From Eukaryota sp. TZLM1-RC (taxonomy: Eukaryota > Protista > Metamonada: BaSk clade): DNA of 64,000 nt. Shown one piece after another: positions 58,730 to 64,000 of the stretch. The notes below the pieces were generated by a model. That model ran no database searches. It was not told the origin of the DNA and saw nothing but the letters and a program-made list of their open reading frames with translations. The first letter of the stretch is position 1; the number at the start of each line of letters is the position of its first letter. The DNA lies in NCBI GenBank assembly GCA_040285825.1, contig JAUPSS010000005.1, positions 186,001-250,000 on the forward strand. Direction: 5' to 3'. Made by a program: the position numbers and the translations under genes.

Positions 58730-60034
58730 ATGAACCTGTCCGATCCACTTCCGTTCCTTGATGATCTACTCAGAACATCAGAAACACCCTTCACTGTTCT
58801 TTCACATGCAGTAGATGACTTCTTTGCGTCCAACAATTGTTCATTATTAACTGAACAGTCATCTCCCTTATCCGTAGTTAAGGCTAGAGTTATGGTGTAC
58901 TCGGCTCCTCATACAGTAGTATCACCCACTTCATTCAATCTCGATGGGACAACATATCCATTAACTTTTAGACTTTCCATTCCTGAATCTGCAACTCTTA
59001 GTTCTGATTACGAACAAAAGTCCTTTATCATTGCAAAGAACTGCTGCACTTTTGAAAACAGTTGGTTATCAATTACTAATAATTCACCGTCCAAGTTGAG
59101 TCTCTGCTTTTCTGATAGTGCCTTTGGGAATTTTAACACAATAGTGGGCCAGTCGTTAGAAGTCATTGCGATTTATGACCCTGATCAACAGTATTTTGAC
59201 CTTTCTTGCCTAATTGTGCTTGGTTATCGACCCTTACTTCAGGGTTATGATTCACTGGTGACGTCACCACCATTGACTTTGACTGACTTTCAACGTTTTT
59301 CTGATCTTGACTTTTTAATGTTATCTTGTTGCTCATTACCCACCATGGATGTTACCAACGTTGTGGAATTCAGATCCTCAGCTGGTTTGGATCACTTTGA
59401 ACATTTTTATAAAGGATGCACGCCAAGTTTAGTTTGTTTGAAATTAGATAATGAAAAATTGAATAATTCTGAATTATTTCCTGTTTTATCTGCTGAAAAT
59501 GAACAACTGTCGGAAGCTTTCTTTCCTATTCCGGAAGGTGGTACTTGTTTGATTGAAGTGGGGGAAGTTATGGTCAAAAAACTTTCCGAAAAAGGCAAGT
59601 TGAATCTTCAGTTGATTCAAGACTTGCTTGCTACGGGTACAATGTCCTTATTTTATCCTTTTGGGTGTTCAAAAATTCCAATCAAGTTTTCAATCGTTTT
59701 ATTGACCACTACTGACTCTTGCCTCTCTGGTGATTTGATTGTCGATTTACAATCACATTCGATACCATCTGATGATTCTATTGTAACTAAGTGTAGAAGG
59801 TCTATTATAAGTTCATTTTGTCTTTCTGCTCCTAGTATCAATGAAGAATTACAAGAAGTTATTGAAAAAGATTATGTCGAAATTCGCCAATCTCAAACTA
59901 AATTCAATTCAAATTTATTAGGAATTTGCGTCAATTTTTCCATTTTATTATCTAAAATGATTGGAGAATGTAATGTTTCAGTTGATGTCTGGAAACAATG
60001 TTTTTCCTCAGTGGTAAAAATAATAAAAGAATAA
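58730..60034 (+). CDS. MCMBP: MCM-binding protein
   Basis: LNNSELFPVLSAENEQL..GTCLIE..KLSEKGKLNLQLIQDLL..YPF and SINEELQEVIEKDYVEIRQ match the MCMBP C-terminal pattern. Confidence 0.72.
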   Translation: MNLSDPLPFLDDLLRTSETPFTVLSHAVDDFFASNNCSLLTEQSSPLSVVKARVMVYSAPHTVVSPTSFNLDGTTYPLTFRLSIPESATLSSDYEQKSFIIAKNCCTFENSWLSITNNSPSKLSLCFSDSAFGNFNTIVGQSLEVIAIYDPDQQYFDLSCLIVLGYRPLLQGYDSLVTSPPLTLTDFQRFSDLDFLMLSCCSLPTMDVTNVVEFRSSAGLDHFEHFYKGCTPSLVCLKLDNEKLNNSELFPVLSAENEQLSEAFFPIPEGGTCLIEVGEVMVKKLSEKGKLNLQLIQDLLATGTMSLFYPFGCSKIPIKFSIVLLTTTDSCLSGDLIVDLQSHSIPSDDSIVTKCRRSIISSFCLSAPSINEELQEVIEKDYVEIRQSQTKFNSNLLGICVNFSILLSKMIGECNVSVDVWKQCFSSVVKIIKE

Positions 60035-60208
60035 TTAAAAATAATTTAATACACTAAATAATAAATATTTGTAATATTGATAACATTAATCTTAAACAAG
60101 GAAACTATTCCCATTTTGCAGAGGTTAACTAAATAAAAAATCACCGAGTAAATTTCACACAATTTGAGGTAAAAAAACTAAACAAAACTAAACAAAACTA
60201 AAAAAAAA

Positions 60209-61747
60209 CTAATCTTCAGAATTAATGATTTCTTTCAACTTTTGCAAATGTTCTTGGTATAAATCCATATTGTTATCGATTAACTCTTGATCAATTTTCC
60301 TTTGCTTAACCACCTTATTAGACACTGAATGTAGAATCTTCTTGAACTTACTCCACTCCCCACCAGAAAGCAACACTATTGACTCCCCTTCCTCGTTAGC
60401 TCTGGCAGTACGGCCTATTCGATGGACATAGCAAGAAACACTGTGGGGAATGTCATATGAAAGGACAAGTGATACGTTAGGAAAGTCTAATCCTCTAGAA
60501 ACTAAATCAGAACATACAAGAATGCAGATTTCTTGATTTCTGAACTGATTAATTACTTGATTACGTGATTTTTGCCCTAATTCAGAAGAAAATTCTTGAA
60601 TTTGACCTTCTGCCAACACATCACTCAATGACAAGCTAAGATAACGTGATAATCTATGCGCACCTTCACAACTCGAGCAAAAGACCAAAATTTGAAGGAA
60701 TTTTGGCGACCCCATGGAATTCCCAAGAAAAGACCTCAAAAGTAATTGACAAGCCAATGGTTTTACCTGCTTTGAACAAACAAAAGAATTCTCTTTTAAT
60801 GTTTCAGGGATTTTAAATTGTTTATTTTGAATTGAATTAGTAGTAATTAATAATGGATTATTTAAATTTAACAAAGAAATAAAACTTTGTGATGGAATAA
60901 GTGTAGCTGAACACACAATTTTTAATGGAATGGAAACAATCAAATTTGATTGGAGAGATGAGCTGGAGAACAGATCACCACCATTATCTGTTGGCTTGTC
61001 ATCAAAGTTTAACCTTCTCCCAGACAAAAAAACTTTTTCATTTAAAACAGCAATTAAATCTTGAAATGAATCTGCCATTATTCTATCAGCCTCATCAAAA
61101 ACAATGGCTACCACACGTGACCAGTCAACCAAAGTCAAGTTAATATGATCAACCAACCTTCCAGGGGTTGCCACCACTATATCTGCATCTGAAAGCTGGT
61201 TTTGTTCATGAGAAAAGGATTGGTGACCAACTAAAGCAACGGTCTTCAATCCTAATGGTTGGAAAAGAGTAGTAAAGACTTCTCTTATTTGGAAAGCCAA
61301 ATCTCGAGTGGGGGAAACTACAATGGCTTTGATGAAAGCTCCAGTGATAGAAGATATGCGAGCATAGATGGAGAGAGCAAATGCAATGGTTTTGCCTGAT
61401 CCTGTGGGTGAAGCAAGGCAGATGTCATGAACGACAGGAGGGATGGAGTTGGAAGAGTGAACTGGTTCGGAAGGGGGTAAGGGGAGGGAGCAAGCAGTTA
61501 GGAAAGCCGATGATTGGAGGGCGTAGAGTGAGGAGATAGAGAGCTTCTTGAGTGCAGAGCGAAGTGGCTTGGGTAATCCAAGAGCTTTAAAATCATATAA
61601 AGTGTGAGAAGGATAGACGATTGACCAATCTGATGGAAGAGATGGCACATGTTCTTCTTCTATCTTGACTCTTTGAGGAGGAGGCAAAGGCTGATTGGAA
61701 AGCCTTTTACGAGAGCCTTGAATCAAGGTATCAGGATCAGTCTCCAT
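60209..61747 (-). CDS. DDX51: DEAD-box RNA helicase Dbp6/DDX51
   Basis: DICLASPTGSGKT, PTRDLA, TPGRLVDH, DEADR, SAT, RGLD, YVHRIGRTAR. Confidence 0.88.
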   Translation of the reverse strand: METDPDTLIQGSRKRLSNQPLPPPQRVKIEEEHVPSLPSDWSIVYPSHTLYDFKALGLPKPLRSALKKLSISSLYALQSSAFLTACSLPLPPSEPVHSSNSIPPVVHDICLASPTGSGKTIAFALSIYARISSITGAFIKAIVVSPTRDLAFQIREVFTTLFQPLGLKTVALVGHQSFSHEQNQLSDADIVVATPGRLVDHINLTLVDWSRVVAIVFDEADRIMADSFQDLIAVLNEKVFLSGRRLNFDDKPTDNGGDLFSSSSLQSNLIVSIPLKIVCSATLIPSQSFISLLNLNNPLLITTNSIQNKQFKIPETLKENSFVCSKQVKPLACQLLLRSFLGNSMGSPKFLQILVFCSSCEGAHRLSRYLSLSLSDVLAEGQIQEFSSELGQKSRNQVINQFRNQEICILVCSDLVSRGLDFPNVSLVLSYDIPHSVSCYVHRIGRTARANEEGESIVLLSGGEWSKFKKILHSVSNKVVKQRKIDQELIDNNMDLYQEHLQKLKEIINSED

Positions 61748-61958
61748 GCTTACGGATAATGTCAATGACACTGGATTAAGTGTCCTAAGAAAGGGATTGG
61801 ACTTGTGGGTCTTTCACAATTCAGTGGTGTTGGCTTCACCAAATCTTCAATTCTTTGTCAAGCCACTTTTGTTGGTGGTGGCAAGAATTTTATTTTTGAA
61901 TTTCTTAATCGTTTCCCTGAAGATATTCATTTGCTTAGTCCATCATTTTAAAGTATAG

Positions 61959-63005
61959 TATTTATTGAATTTGCACACTTAATTAAATTAACTCATAACT
62001 AATGGGACGATAATCATTGAACCAAGATTTCCTCTACAAAATCTTGATCTGCTTGCCGTCTAGCTAAAGCTTCTCTTATTCGATTGAAAAACTGTGGTGA
62101 TCTATTAATAATGGCAAATTGAATCCGTGAACGCCATAAAAATATCAAATCTTTTCATTGTTTTTTCTTGCACCATTTTTTGGAAATCATCCAAAAAAGT
62201 TTCTGCTTCAACTGTTAATCTTCCATTTATCGAAAATGGGAAAGTAATAAAAACCAGCTGTGTATTTCTATCGACATTAGCCTCTTCAATATCTTTATCA
62301 TATTTTCTATGTTTCTCTTTTGTTTTAAAATCCAGAACAGCCACAGGATTAAGTTTTCTTCCGTGAACCAAAGTATCGTTTACAACATTACATGAGACAA
62401 AGTCAACAATAGCTTCAGAATTATCAATCCAATCACAGTATACATCACCTCTATCATCAGAACCAAAATTATTCAGAGAAAGTGTTTCCTTCAGCAGGGG
62501 CTCTTTGATACACGATATTCTTGCAGTTTGAGCCATATTGAAAACAGTGTCTCTAACAGCATCATGTAATGAAGAACGATAAGTTATCAATTTAGAACAA
62601 TTCAGAGCATGGCGCAAAGTGAGTTGAGGTGAATTCGAACAAATACATTTTTCTTTTGATAATAATTGATTAATGGGGATATTCAAATATAATCTAATTT
62701 TTGTTACAAATGCTTCATTAGTGGCACACAATCCAAATCTTCGTGGTACAATGGTTACAAAAAGTGAAGAATCTGATGACTTACTTTCACAAACACCCTT
62801 TTCCATTAACAATGAGTGAAGATCTTGATTTAAAACAGCCGAGCTGTATATATTATCATAAAGATCATTTTCATACCTTCCAGTCAATCGTTTCTGTAAT
62901 GTTCGAAGAGTGTACTTCAAATTTAAAACATTCTTTTCTGGAATATTGCCATTGAATGATTGGGGAAAGCATCGACCCCATTTTTCTGTATCAATTTTTG
63001 AAAAT
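61959..63005 (-). mobile_element. 5'-truncated family A LINE (zinc motif plus RLE)
   Basis: Near-identical to 12975-14027; ends at CAATAAATA. Confidence 0.93.
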
Positions 63006-63179
63006 CTTTGAGTTCTTTCTTTTGACTCCATTGGAATCAGAAACTGATTCAGGCATCAACAAGAAAGAATAGAAGCAATGATCGCAGTTCAGCCAGGTTT
63101 TAAGTTAAACGGTTTTATGTAGAGGAATGAAGAAAGAAAATATTTTCAAAATATTTGTATGACCTTGATGTTGCCATTA

Positions 63180-63570
63180 ATAAAATTGCACCATAAATTT
63201 GGTGTCAATGTTTTCCCGACTCAGTTCAAGAGATTCCTCCACGAAATTAAGTTAATTTAAAATATTGTGTGAAGAAGCTTCAACAAAAACTGACAGTAAT
63301 ATTTGAAGGCTTGGATTATGAAGTACGTCTTGGCATGGCCACGCGAAAAAATCCCGCTTCTGCAAATTTTTTACTGGATGCTTGTGATAGTTCTGCCTCT
63401 TGTTTAATTAATCAAGTACCAAAAGTTTATGGTTTGTTTCTCAATAACCCTTGTTTTTTATTATCTATGCGTCTTCGATCTTTTATTTGGCCTGTCAATC
63501 TTCCTCATAAATTAATTTGTAAATGTGGAAAGACTGTCACTCCAACCAATTTATTTAATTGTAATTTTTT
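63180..63570 (+). mobile_element. Internal fragment of family B-like LINE
   Basis: LINQVPKVYGL..SMRLRSFIWP..CKCGK..LFNC, homologous to 44770-44930. Confidence 0.78.
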
Positions 63571-63579
63571 TTCCTTATT

Positions 63580-64000
63580 TATTTTTATTCAACAACAAAT
63601 ATGAAATACACAATTAAAACTCCACATCCTCAAAACCTGCCTCCCCTACATCAAAACAATTAATCGCTAAAGATTCAGAAAATTTCCCAAAAGAAGATAG
63701 TGAATCAGAAATTAGTGTTACCATTCCCTTAAAAATAGAAAATACAATCCTGTTTTGCCAGTAAACACGATTGAAAATTCTTCCAGTTCTTTCCTTTACA
63801 ACTACAACAAAATCCTCAAGGAAAGCCATAGCAGCCTTACCTAGAGATCCAAGCAAAGAAAAAACAAATGGACATAAATTATATTGGGCATGAGAATTTT
63901 CATTAACCGAGGAAATGGGTTTCGCATATTTAGCAATTTTATATTTTTCGCCTGCAAGAAGAGGATTATTTACATCCGAGTTAATGAAATGTTCGTTAGA
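63580..64000 (-). mobile_element. 3' part of family B LINE, runs off the window end
   Basis: Highly similar to 44080-44490. Confidence 0.9.

Noticed and set aside
9878-60034. Cdt1, Psf3 and MCMBP in one window as a replication gene cluster
   Set aside because: They are separated by 11-35 kb and many unrelated genes; compatible with chance.
63180-64000. Opposed family B LINE pieces as a twin-priming inversion
   Set aside because: The inverted piece lies at the tail side rather than the 5' side; independent insertions explain it better.
1-64000. Alternative genetic code, and the many antisense or nested ORFs in the track
   Set aside because: TAA, TAG and TGA all terminate conserved genes; the nested ORFs are shadows of real genes or LINEs.

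Overview
AT-rich eukaryotic DNA using the standard genetic code, probably from an anaerobic protist. A presequence-less PFOR, 28-35 nt introns and very short gene flanks suggest a metamonad-like organism (inference). About 17 compact host genes are present: TAF6, NAGPA-like, Cdt1, TMEM62-like, WDR13-like, an EGF/GCC-repeat surface protein, kish, PFOR, RBM19/MRD1, PEMT, GINS Psf3, dolichol kinase, MCMBP, Dbp6/DDX51 and several orphans. The intergenic regions are filled with mobile DNA: many RT+RLE (CRE-like) non-LTR retrotransposon copies from several families, a 1.1 kb gag-only LTR element, a related LTR element and solo LTR, an internally deleted hAT, and three decayed Fanzor (eukaryotic TnpB) genes. 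The most striking unannotated signal is a ~245-nt multi-hairpin RNA with GNRA tetraloops and G-U pairs (22923-23165). It lies directly 3' of one Fanzor, ends in TTCAC, and sits 41 nt upstream of a surface-protein ATG, making it a candidate unusually large omegaRNA. Several host-gene frameshifts fall in homopolymers and are probably assembly errors. All calls come from manual motif recognition; no searches were run.
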